DNA of 64,000 nucleotides from Epithemia pelagica. Its lineage: Eukaryota; Protista; Bacillariophyta. The notes beneath the pieces were generated by a model that did no database searches, was not told the DNA's origin, and saw only the letters and a program-made list of their open reading frames with translations. The translations under genes and the position numbers were made by a program. Position 1 is the first letter of the stretch; the number at the start of each line of letters is the position of its first letter. Positions 1 to 9,647 of the stretch are shown here, one piece after another. The DNA lies in NCBI GenBank assembly GCA_946965045.2, contig OX337230.1, positions 1,426,001 through 1,490,000 of the forward strand. The letters run 5' to 3'.

Positions 1-909
1 CGTGCAACTGTCCGAGACTCGGAGAGTATTCAAGCCGCATCCACGCTCGTATCGGATATTCTCGACTTTTTGCTTCAAATGGATTTTCGAAATGGCCCCT
101 TGCGGCGTAAGTATGATGGCACCAAATGGTGCTTAAGGGCTCTCGAAACTCTGCTCTATGAACTAGCTATTACGAGTGGGGGTGATCCAAAGGAAGACAA
201 AGCCCCTCATTCCAAACGGCCCAAACATGAATCAATCTTGTTGCCGAATGAAGAACTCGCTTCCATCAAGACGCAAATGGAGCATCGCGACAATCTTCGA
301 GAACGGCTCATCAAGCTTTGTCGAGATGCACAGAAAGCAGCAAAGCAATCTATATTTGCCCTTCATCGAGGAGACTTGTCTCGAGCTGCTACTCTGATTG
401 AAACCTGCGAGACATGCATCACCAAAGATTTGATGCCAATCATTCAAGAGGAACCCAATTTGAGATCGGGCTCCTTTGCGGCAGTGTTGGAGGAATACAT
501 TGAAGCCAGACTCTTCTCGACGTGGATCGGAAGTGATCCCACGAGTCCAACGGGAGAAATTGTTTCCGAGACTGGTTTTGTAGTGGACGTGGAGCCTGAA
601 GAGTACGTAGGTGGCCTTTGTGATTTGACGGGAGAAGTTGGTAGGTTTGCTGTGCAACGTGGAACTGTAAGAGATTCGAAAAGTGTACAGCTTTGTCTTC
701 AAACGAACCAAGCCGTGTTGTCGGCCTTGCAAATGATGGAGCATTCACCCATTGGAGGAGGGAAAAAGCTTGATCCAGTTCGCAACAGCGTCGACAAACT
801 CCAGCGAATGCTCTATGAAATGAGTCTATCTGAAGCAGCTGGGGGGCGGAATGTCAAAAGTGACATTGAAATGGAAGATGTTGACACTCAAGAAAACGAC
901 CAGTCCTAG
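1..909 (+). CDS. Translin/TRAX family protein, 5'-partial, with two tandem translin-fold domains
   Basis: Frame 1 is open from base 1 (RATVRDSESIQAAST...LRRKYDGTKWCLRALETLLYEL, a translin C-terminus). A full second domain follows with KQSIFALHRGD, LEEYIEA, EEYVGGLCDLTGEVGRFAV and KKLDPVRNSVDKLQRMLYEM. Confidence 0.85.
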   Translation, partial: RATVRDSESIQAASTLVSDILDFLLQMDFRNGPLRRKYDGTKWCLRALETLLYELAITSGGDPKEDKAPHSKRPKHESILLPNEELASIKTQMEHRDNLRERLIKLCRDAQKAAKQSIFALHRGDLSRAATLIETCETCITKDLMPIIQEEPNLRSGSFAAVLEEYIEARLFSTWIGSDPTSPTGEIVSETGFVVDVEPEEYVGGLCDLTGEVGRFAVQRGTVRDSKSVQLCLQTNQAVLSALQMMEHSPIGGGKKLDPVRNSVDKLQRMLYEMSLSEAAGGRNVKSDIEMEDVDTQENDQS

Positions 910-1066
910 CTATTCAATCCGTTCTTGCATTTATAGCGTAGTTCTGGCCTATGTTCTTCATTCAATCTCTCTGCCACGATGATGACGCCTCGACGACATT
1001 ATCAATAATGAACCTATGTTCTCTTGGTACACATACATGATTGATTGTCCATTTTCCAGGCCTAAC

Positions 1067-4000
1067 TTAGGCATTTGTTATTCGGTCACAAAGGACTCCT
1101 CTTGCTCTTTCTGCGGTGGTGTACCAGAAAACACCGGTTTGTTTGCATTCGACTCCACCATCACCAACTGCATAGAAGAACGCGTTTCCGTCCACGTAGC
1201 CAGAGGTGTGCCATGCTTTCCCATAAATATCAGTACGAGTTTCAACAATTACACCATCGGCACTGAACCTGCGAGCAATGCTAGTTGAATGTGACTTTCC
1301 AGGATCATGAACGTGGGCGTTCCAGCAAGTCTCACCGCGTCGACACACCCCTGCGTCAAAATCCGAGCATCTGGTCTTGTATCGTTGAGCACGCTCAGTC
1401 TGGAACATCCAGTCAAAAGGAAGACTACTGGTGTCCCCACCAAGCCCTTCCACTTCGTCTTCACCGTTACTGTCCATCGTATCTCTCGAAGCATCATTCT
1501 CCTTTCGATCTGGGAGCACATTGGCTGAAGAGGGGTGACTCCGAATCAGCCTTGCAATCTCTTCACGAGAGAAACCATCTTCTACGCCTTTTTCAACCAA
1601 CTTACGAACGGCCTCAGTGACTTTTGCTCCTCGGTCCAGCAGTTTCTGCACAAGTGGCGCCTCTGCAAGCAATACAGCGGTGTGAAGGAGAGTTGTCCCT
1701 CTTATTGGAACTTCCACAGACAACCTAAGGTCGCTTGACTGTTCTTGTTCTTCCAGGTTGAACAGTTTAATCCAGTTCATGATGTCTGACAACTTTTTGC
1801 ACGATTGCTTGCGTTTATCTTTTACATATTCGACACCCCCGTATCGTTCGACGCGAAGTTTGACTTGTCCCTGCGCATGGCGGGTTTCGAAGCTGCACTC
1901 GTTCGATGAAGTACCCGTATCTGAAGTTTGCACGATGACGGCCGCAATTCCTAGGGATTCTTTTGTGGCTTTCCTCTTGACCTCGACTTCGAATAGTTGG
2001 CGCCTGTTGGTCTCATCGTTACGATGGATTACAGCAATATGGCGATCGGGAGATATATCTTGGGCATTCATTTCAGCGAGGCATTCATGAGATTGGTCTT
2101 GTCGACCATTGCGACTGTGATGCTCAAGACTTAGTCGGACAACCATGTCATCCCGTTTAAGAGGCTTTCCCTCTAGGGTACAATTTACACTTTCAACATA
2201 CACTCTGAACTCTCTACACTTCAGTGTTTGAGATATACGCGCTTGCACACCGGCATTGATGAATATTTTCAAAATAACTTCCTTGGTTTCGAAATCAGAG
2301 CAAGTCCTGTTCATTGAGATTCGAATGGAGTCAAGGTCACTGTCTGTGATATCCTTTCTCAAACCAGATTCAAATAGCTCCAATGTATCTGAGACAGTAC
2401 CCGATTCAATTGCTTTACGAATCACGTCTAATGACGAAGGAAGTGAGGACACTTCATCCTCTGGATCGGTTTCGGTGACGCGTGGACAATCGGAAGATTC
2501 AAGCAGTGGAGTGCTCGAAATCTCGGGCTCCTTTCCTGATTCGACGAAGAATTCGTGGGTGTTTGATTCCACCTCATACTCTCGTTCCTCATCTTTTTCA
2601 CTGAAATTCACACGCTTCTTTACACGTTGAAGATTTTTTTCCTTTACAAGTATATACTTTCGAGGTTTTCGTTGCAACGCTCGCTTTGATGTTATCTTTT
2701 TCCACCCAATTTCATTCGTGGGAGGCTCAGTCCTTTCCATCTGTGAGTTTTCTTGATCGACCTTTGACGCGTTACTGCTGCTTGTGCCTATGCATGGGTT
2801 GCTTCGTGTTCGACGGCGTTCGGAAGGCTTCCGTGCGACATGTCCTGCTCCTCCTGCCCAGCCAGTTTCGTGTAATGAACCTCTCCACTTGCCGTTTTTA
2901 CTCCAATCTTCATGAAAGTGAACCTTGCGAAGTAGCGTGGAGTCTTGAATGACGGAGATTTCGTCCGAAGATTGCCCATTAATAAAGATGACCCGAAGTG
3001 GTTCACCAACCCGCCTTGCTTCTTGGAAGCTTTGCTTGAGACTTTCCCATTTTTGAATTGGGATTCGCCCATTTTTTGTCTCCACGGCCACAACTGTCGT
3101 CCCTTGTTGAATCCTATCGTCTCGTTTCTCCGCCGTAACTGGACACACGGACGTCACTTGGCAAAATTTAGCGCCATCAGTTTCTTTTGTCATGAAATAG
3201 TAGCCCATAGGCTCGGTCGTGACGAATGAAACCTCGTATTCAATCCTCTCGTCACCATCATACGGCCGGTTAATGCTTCCACGGTTGAAAAGCATATCAC
3301 TTGAACCGGTTGGCCTTCTTTTCTTGATAGTTTGGGTCCTATTAGCCATATGCCCACCAGGAGCACCTGTGCGTTTTGTTTTGGACTTCTCTTCAACGGC
3401 GGCAGGGATGGCCTTGGTAGCTTCTTTTTCTGTCAGACCCCTGTTGAAGACGGTCTCCCAACCGTTAATGCAATCACAACTTTCAGTACACTTTAATCCG
3501 AAACTACGGGTACTTTCGTGCTTTTGCCACATTTCGTACAAGCGGTTCAAAATATCCATGGGCTTCTCCCCTGGATACTCGGATTTCAGAGGATCTCGAA
3601 ACTTTGTACAAAAACGCCTAGTGAACCCCACGGGAGCACTATCCGCCTTCAGACCGAGCGGGTTATTCCAATTTTTATTTGGCTTCAGCTTGTCCCGCAG
3701 TACATCACTCGTCAAGAAGTCTATAGAGAAAACACAGGGACAGTTATCGTCACAAGTCTTCCCGAACTTTTCTTTGTGTTGACGCCACATGCTACTGATG
3801 GTAGCCCTCACTTTAACACCGGCATTTTTGTACTCAATCTCTGCAAGACGTTTGTATTTTTTCTCGAAATGTTGGTATGCAGCCTTAGCCAAAGGGTCAC
3901 CGAATGCCCTTGTCGGGATTTGTGGAGCGTTCACGCCACCCGTTGAGCTGTTAGATACACGGCTAGTGTCTTCTACTAGAGGACTGGTGTCTTGACATCG

Positions 4001-6934
4001 ATTACCGGAGGAAGCTGAAGAGGCAGGTGGATCCTGTTCTGTAGCTGGGGATGAAACGGACTCAGCCGTTGTCTCCGTTGCAAATGGGGTGTTTGGTAAA
4101 ACCTGCTCTTCCGTATGGGCAACTTCCAATGGATTGTCAGGCGGAGGGACCGGTAGATCCTCTTCCACAATTAATTCACTCGCTTTATTGGTCACGAATG
4201 GAACGTCAGAACTGGGTCTCTTTCCTCTTATTCGGACTTTGATACCAGCCGCCTTGCACGCATCCAAGCGACACTTGAACACATCAATCGATTCGCATGC
4301 TGTACCTTCAACTGTGGTTATCAAGAACCCCCCACGAGAGAGGGCCGGCTTTAATTCAGCAACCGCACAACTCTCTACCGATCCGCTCGTTAGCATAACT
4401 TTGCTATCACAACAACGGACCTTGGCACCGATCGACTTGGTCGGATCTATGACCAGATCAAGGTCGTCTCCAGTTTCTTCTAGCACAAGAACATTATAAC
4501 GGAAAATCATTTTCAGCAACCAATCGCCCAAACACCGCATACATTTATCCCTGTCCACAAGACCCGTAAATATTGTTAGTTGCCAGCTGTTTGGATCCCC
4601 TTTGACAGCTTTCAGCACCGGGAAGCAGCTACTGAGCGACGAATGGGAACCGGTCAGATCCAACATATCTTCTTGTTCAATAAACTTTCTTCCCTTCCAC
4701 TTCCTTGGAACCACCTTGGTTATTGTGGAAGTGATGGCTACAAAAATGACAATGTGTGAATAACAACAAGGAGCGTAGAGAGGTGACATATCATACAAAA
4801 GGTACGTACCTTTGAGCTCTTGTCCTCTTGTATGCCTTGTTTCCGAGGGTTTTGATTTCTTTCGGCGACGATTCAACACGCCGTCAAAACCTTCTCCGCT
4901 ATCGACCTCAAGAATACCCACCGGTCGCTTCTTCACATTTTCTTTCTCAAGTTCTTCCTCCTCCGCTATTTGCATGGCCACCCTGCTCATCGCGTCTTCC
5001 TCTTCAAGTTTCATTATCTCTTCGTCTCCCATTTGCAGCCACTCCTGTTCCTCGGCAGCTGCTATCTCGTCCTCTAACCGAGCCATAAGCTGTTTCTCAA
5101 GCTCGGATATATCGCTGGAGTCATTTTGTTCCTTCCCCTTTCCCTCATCTCCCACCCCGTGATTCGTTGGCTGGCGAGGATCCTGGCCTCCACTGGCTGA
5201 TATCGCCATCGCCGATTCTCTTTGTGGTTCATTGCTTTCTGGTTCGTCCACAAGAACGTCAGACTTGTTACCACCCGCGACTGGGATTCTGGTGGAATTC
5301 TTGAACAAGGGGTCTTGGTCATTCTCGTCACAAACAGGGGGCATATTATCATCAACTTCCATCGATGACATTTCGGTATGCTCATTTAGAGGCTTCGAGG
5401 TGTCTTCTCTACTTGTGGAGTCAATACGACTTTCTTTGGGGTCTTTCTGATTATCAAATTGAACAGAGGTACCCAAACCAGCGCCAGATGGCGGTAACGC
5501 AGCTGCTTCCACGGTTTCCGAGTTTTCTGGAGACGCTCCCGCCGGGGTGGACGTATCCAATACGTGACCAACATGAGTTTTCCCGTCTACATCTTGATGG
5601 ATTTCATCACTGCCCATGACAGCATCCGGCGATCCTCTGTCAGTCTCCAACCAGTTATTGTCAGCAATATCCAAATTGTTGGAGTCTGCCTCTTCAAGAC
5701 CATGGTTCGGCAATGCGCTATTGTAAGGTGCCACCATTTTGTTTGGTTCCGAACAAGTTTCTTCCACAGTCTCCTCAACGATCCCATGCGATACTTTTGT
5801 TCGTAGGCATGTCGTCTCGTCCGTTTCCATCGCCGTTGAAGAGAGCGCTGAATCTTCGCGCGAGCTACGGCCATCTTCCATTCCACTTTCTTTCGGAGCA
5901 TCCGAGTCAGCAACAGCGGGGGGCTCCACAAATCGGGCTCCTTTGTCACCATTAATAATCGGTTCCGTGTCAACCTCCATGTCATGAGCCGGTGGTTGCT
6001 CACCAGCATTACTACCATTTGGAGATCCATTGCCAGGACCATTGACTAGGGATGTGATCTTGGTACTGTTGACATTCGAAGGTTGTTCTTGACGCGTGTC
6101 ATCCACGCCTTGTGGAAGCTTTGTGATATTTGCATCCTTCTGTCGACACTTCTCTGAAGCGTTGTCCACAAACTTTGACGAAACGGTTGCGTTTTGCCCG
6201 GAACATATGCTCGTCTCAGATGATTTCTTCTCCGTAGGAAGAGATTCATCCTCACGATCTTCTGGGGCTGGTGAGGTGTCCAATCTTCCATCTGTATTTG
6301 TCGAAGTGTTTCGTTTCTTCTCCGCGTCTTGCATCAGTGCTACTTTATTCGTGTCGGACCGGTTCGTGTGCTGTACTCGTTCGTCTTTTCCCACTTTATT
6401 GCTTTTGGAAATTGTCTCCGATCCATCAATTTTATCAGCATGAGGAGTGGGTTCCTCGAGCAATGTGTAATCATCATCTGCACTACGAATGTTTCCAGTC
6501 TTCTCAACCACAGCAGTGTCTATTGCGACATTTGAGGGCAAGGTTATTGCAGTATCCTGTTCCAAATCTTCAAACAGTATTCCGGTCTCTTGCGGTGAAA
6601 AGGACATACCGGAAACACGCAACCCCGCTACCGGATCCTGGCGCAATTGGTTGGGTGAAGCAAGTGGTCGAATGTTGTCAATTGAGAACACCGGGAGGTT
6701 CATTTCTGAGCTATCAGATTCACTATCCTGCGCGTCTTGCGTTTCTTCCGATTCCGTTCCACAATTATTCGGGCCTTTTGGTGAAGAAGGTCGGTTCTTG
6801 GTCTTTCTGTGTACACCCACTTCAGTTTGGGGTTTCGTAGGAGTTTCAAACGGGAGTTCTGCACCCCAGACTCTGTCCCCCTCTTCCCGTGTTCGATCGG
6901 ATTGGCGCCCAGCAGGAGGGTGTGGGCTACCCAT
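1067..6934 (-). CDS. Large multidomain hypothetical protein: acidic disordered N-terminus, two HMG-box-like/CxxxCxC repeats, PDZ-like segment, ankyrin repeat, CCCH zinc finger; probable 72-nt in-frame intron at 4738-4809
   Basis: 1955-codon ORF. Ankyrin-like GTTLLHTAVLLAEAPLVQKLLDRGA; CCCH-like CSDFDAGVCRRGETCWNAH. Donor AAAG|GTACGT at 4809 and acceptor TTTGTAG| at 4738 give a 72-nt stop-free intron. Confidence 0.75.
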   Translation of the reverse strand: MGSPHPPAGRQSDRTREEGDRVWGAELPFETPTKPQTEVGVHRKTKNRPSSPKGPNNCGTESEETQDAQDSESDSSEMNLPVFSIDNIRPLASPNQLRQDPVAGLRVSGMSFSPQETGILFEDLEQDTAITLPSNVAIDTAVVEKTGNIRSADDDYTLLEEPTPHADKIDGSETISKSNKVGKDERVQHTNRSDTNKVALMQDAEKKRNTSTNTDGRLDTSPAPEDREDESLPTEKKSSETSICSGQNATVSSKFVDNASEKCRQKDANITKLPQGVDDTRQEQPSNVNSTKITSLVNGPGNGSPNGSNAGEQPPAHDMEVDTEPIINGDKGARFVEPPAVADSDAPKESGMEDGRSSREDSALSSTAMETDETTCLRTKVSHGIVEETVEETCSEPNKMVAPYNSALPNHGLEEADSNNLDIADNNWLETDRGSPDAVMGSDEIHQDVDGKTHVGHVLDTSTPAGASPENSETVEAAALPPSGAGLGTSVQFDNQKDPKESRIDSTSREDTSKPLNEHTEMSSMEVDDNMPPVCDENDQDPLFKNSTRIPVAGGNKSDVLVDEPESNEPQRESAMAISASGGQDPRQPTNHGVGDEGKGKEQNDSSDISELEKQLMARLEDEIAAAEEQEWLQMGDEEIMKLEEEDAMSRVAMQIAEEEELEKENVKKRPVGILEVDSGEGFDGVLNRRRKKSKPSETRHTRGQELKGTYLLYDMSPLYAPCCYSHIVIFVAITSTITKVVPRKWKGRKFIEQEDMLDLTGSHSSLSSCFPVLKAVKGDPNSWQLTIFTGLVDRDKCMRCLGDWLLKMIFRYNVLVLEETGDDLDLVIDPTKSIGAKVRCCDSKVMLTSGSVESCAVAELKPALSRGGFLITTVEGTACESIDVFKCRLDACKAAGIKVRIRGKRPSSDVPFVTNKASELIVEEDLPVPPPDNPLEVAHTEEQVLPNTPFATETTAESVSSPATEQDPPASSASSGNRCQDTSPLVEDTSRVSNSSTGGVNAPQIPTRAFGDPLAKAAYQHFEKKYKRLAEIEYKNAGVKVRATISSMWRQHKEKFGKTCDDNCPCVFSIDFLTSDVLRDKLKPNKNWNNPLGLKADSAPVGFTRRFCTKFRDPLKSEYPGEKPMDILNRLYEMWQKHESTRSFGLKCTESCDCINGWETVFNRGLTEKEATKAIPAAVEEKSKTKRTGAPGGHMANRTQTIKKRRPTGSSDMLFNRGSINRPYDGDERIEYEVSFVTTEPMGYYFMTKETDGAKFCQVTSVCPVTAEKRDDRIQQGTTVVAVETKNGRIPIQKWESLKQSFQEARRVGEPLRVIFINGQSSDEISVIQDSTLLRKVHFHEDWSKNGKWRGSLHETGWAGGAGHVARKPSERRRTRSNPCIGTSSSNASKVDQENSQMERTEPPTNEIGWKKITSKRALQRKPRKYILVKEKNLQRVKKRVNFSEKDEEREYEVESNTHEFFVESGKEPEISSTPLLESSDCPRVTETDPEDEVSSLPSSLDVIRKAIESGTVSDTLELFESGLRKDITDSDLDSIRISMNRTCSDFETKEVILKIFINAGVQARISQTLKCREFRVYVESVNCTLEGKPLKRDDMVVRLSLEHHSRNGRQDQSHECLAEMNAQDISPDRHIAVIHRNDETNRRQLFEVEVKRKATKESLGIAAVIVQTSDTGTSSNECSFETRHAQGQVKLRVERYGGVEYVKDKRKQSCKKLSDIMNWIKLFNLEEQEQSSDLRLSVEVPIRGTTLLHTAVLLAEAPLVQKLLDRGAKVTEAVRKLVEKGVEDGFSREEIARLIRSHPSSANVLPDRKENDASRDTMDSNGEDEVEGLGGDTSSLPFDWMFQTERAQRYKTRCSDFDAGVCRRGETCWNAHVHDPGKSHSTSIARRFSADGVIVETRTDIYGKAWHTSGYVDGNAFFYAVGDGGVECKQTGVFWYTTAERARGVLCDRITNA

Positions 6935-7407
6935 TTTCTTGTTTCTCTATGGCTGGTCTTGCCCCAAGAAGAAAGCGTTGAATCAGAGGCGTTTCATGGA
7001 AACTTTCATTGCTGATGGATCATGGTGCTTCGCTCGAAAAGCTGAAAACCGTAGTTGATAAATCTCAGCGGGTGAATGCCCTTAGTCAAAAGAAGATACG
7101 TGACTCAAACCACATTCTCATAATTTAATCTAATGAGTTTAGGTTGATTTCCGCAGTCCCGAGTTCCCAGGACTTCTATGACCGATGGGGAATGGGGATG
7201 GGAAGCGCATTCTGATTGTGCTAGGACTCCTACAAAAGGGACATACTCCTATTATAGACAGTTGACAGACCAAGGAGTGCAGATAGCGGGAACAGGCTGC
7301 AATAGCCTAAACAACCAAGTTGCAGACGGTACAAGCTAGTATGGTTAACTACATGCTGCGAAATATGATATGAAGAAAAGGGTAGGATGCCTTGTGATTG
7401 TGATAAA

Positions 7408-8988
7408 CTATTGAAATTGCTCTTGGATTCGGTCTTTGAGGTCTTTGATGGGTTTTTTGGAATGCAAATACTCTTGCACAATCTGCACGGCGGGCATTGG
7501 TAACTTTCGGTACGCCCGTTCTTCGTCTCCCTTACAGGAATGCAGGACATGGAAAAAGTTTCGCAATAGATGGTAGTCGATACTGTATCTTGCAAAGGCC
7601 AAACCCTTTGGTCCAATGGACAGGAGCACGTTGGCAACCATGTTTCCCAGCCATTCGGGCATTCCTGTTTGTCCCGATGGATCAAATTCGGGTTCATACA
7701 AGGTTTTCACCAACGAGTCTGATATGACCGTGTTGACGGCGGTACCTTCGTGTTTGCCCTGGTCCAAAGGAGAGTCAGGATTGATCCATAATCTATTCTG
7801 TTCCAACGCAGTCTCCACCATTTTCATTCCCCGTGCGTTCCGAATGGTAAGGGTCTGTTGTGAATTTTGGACATCGTCCATGCGCATATTGGGAGAAGCA
7901 ATTGGTGCCCCCATATAGCCCACAACCACATCTGCACAGGTGTTGGTGTAATCAAAACAAGCTCGACAAGAGTATGCAATAGACGGATCAGCAACACTTC
8001 CAGGTAAGCAAAAGTAAGGCTTTGTGAGGTAGTCGGCACGACCCGATGCTTCGTCAGTCAGCTTCACATGGACTCGATAGTCCTGCATAAACTCATACCC
8101 CTGAACCTTTATATCGTCCTTGTCCGAATAGCCCAAACCGTTTTGAATGAAATTCCTAGCAGCATCTGGAGTCGGAGAATTATCGGCACAATTTGTGCCC
8201 AGAACGTAGATTTCATCCAAGTTGAGAAGCTTATCTTGAACTGATCGAGATGCTTGAACGGCACAGCCAACGCCACAAAATAATAGTCGCCGTATGCTCG
8301 GATCGTTTTGTACCTCGTCCAGGACGCGCAAACTGGGAGCCAATGCTGGCTTCACTCCACGCCCACGCAATACATCATCCACGGTTCGTGCTACAATTGG
8401 CTCCGGAACACACCACCCATCACCATTACTCGCAGTGCCATCCGTTCCACTGGCAATGCAAATGACCGCGTCCACTTGCTTTGTCTCGAGGAGCGACAGC
8501 GCAATACTCGTGACAGCTCCCGTCCATTGAGCTCCAGGTTGATTGATTCCTCGAACCAGTTGAATAGGTCGATGTAGAACGCCAAAGCGAAGTTCGTCCT
8601 TGTCTTTCAAATTACGAGATCGACCATTGTGTATCAATGGCTCGAGGGTGTCAATGCCACGCATTCCGTGATCGAGAAAGGCACAGGCGTCCTTGACATG
8701 TTCCACAAAGGTTGTCTCGCATAGGCCACACTTAGAGCAGTACTCTTTAGCTGGGAACTTCAAAGGCCATCCTGCTGGATCAATCGGCTGGGGACGTGAA
8801 GATGAAGAAGACGCAGGAGATAACTCAGGCTGCCCAGTTCCATCCTGTTGCCCATTTGCATATCTTGCTGTCAGTCGATTCGATACAACGACATGATATT
8901 CATTTGACACCCAGCACTGCGCAGTTCTTATTTGATCCAGCAATGAAACCGCAAGGATCCAGGAGAGAAGGGTACCTTTTGCATTCAT
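7408..8988 (-). CDS. HCAR: 7-hydroxymethyl chlorophyll a reductase-like / FrhB-family Fe-S flavoprotein, plastid-targeted
   Basis: Motifs CSKCGLC, GAQWTG, GVKPALAP, FCGVGC, GTNCADN, EFMQDY, SCRACFDYTN and GPKGLAFARYSIDYH match plant HCAR. Signal peptide ends AQC|W. First true ATG is at 8988 (the ORF track start at 9006 is GTG). Confidence 0.9.
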   Translation of the reverse strand: MNAKGTLLSWILAVSLLDQIRTAQCWVSNEYHVVVSNRLTARYANGQQDGTGQPELSPASSSSSRPQPIDPAGWPLKFPAKEYCSKCGLCETTFVEHVKDACAFLDHGMRGIDTLEPLIHNGRSRNLKDKDELRFGVLHRPIQLVRGINQPGAQWTGAVTSIALSLLETKQVDAVICIASGTDGTASNGDGWCVPEPIVARTVDDVLRGRGVKPALAPSLRVLDEVQNDPSIRRLLFCGVGCAVQASRSVQDKLLNLDEIYVLGTNCADNSPTPDAARNFIQNGLGYSDKDDIKVQGYEFMQDYRVHVKLTDEASGRADYLTKPYFCLPGSVADPSIAYSCRACFDYTNTCADVVVGYMGAPIASPNMRMDDVQNSQQTLTIRNARGMKMVETALEQNRLWINPDSPLDQGKHEGTAVNTVISDSLVKTLYEPEFDPSGQTGMPEWLGNMVANVLLSIGPKGLAFARYSIDYHLLRNFFHVLHSCKGDEERAYRKLPMPAVQIVQEYLHSKKPIKDLKDRIQEQFQ

Positions 8989-9049
8989 CTTATTGATGAT
9001 TGCCACATCCCAAAAGAGTTTTTGTGATGAGCAACGACCAACGACACAT

Positions 9050-9137
9050 AATATCTCGACGAATGATGTGCCAGTCGTGACTCAAAAGGCGAGTCCCGGT
9101 TTGTTGCGACCACCCATCGTGACTCAGAAAGGACTCC
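9050..9137 (+). repeat. Direct repeat copy 1 (~88 bp), carrying two TGACTCA motifs
   Basis: AATATCTCGACGAATGATGTGCCAGTCGTGACTCAAAAGGCGAGTCCCGGTTTGTTGC-GACCACCCATCGTGACTCAGAAAGGACTCC; matches 11284-11375 with 2 substitutions and one 4-nt indel. Confidence 0.95.
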
Positions 9138-9647
9138 CGGAAAGCTAACCATGAAGCTGACCGTTCACTGGCACGGCTAGCTTACTCGCGGTCACCCGCC
9201 TGCACCCCAGTCACCGCCCCCAGTCATTCATCTGCTGCGAAAGTTTTCGTGTATTCATAGTACGATTTTCTGTTTTCTGGAGTAGACTTTGCTTGCTTGG
9301 CTTCTGTGGCTGGGTTTGTTGTCATGTCCGAGGTGTCGGTATGGTAACCGTACTGACCTCTCTTCCTCCTCCTTCTTTATCCTAGGATAAGGCCTATGTA
9401 GTAATCCGATGAAGGATAACGTTTCATTATCTCCCGCCTCCACACAAGCAGAAACCCACATACAAAACAGCGCAGCAACGACAAACGACAACGTGTTGCA
9501 ACAACATCACCGGAACAGCAACAACGACGACCGACTGAGCATCAAACAGCAACACCAATAACAAGACACTCCACAGCGGCAACAACAAGAACAACAGCAG
9601 CAGCGACTTGCCGACGATACATCAACAACTGCAACAACAAAACCATC

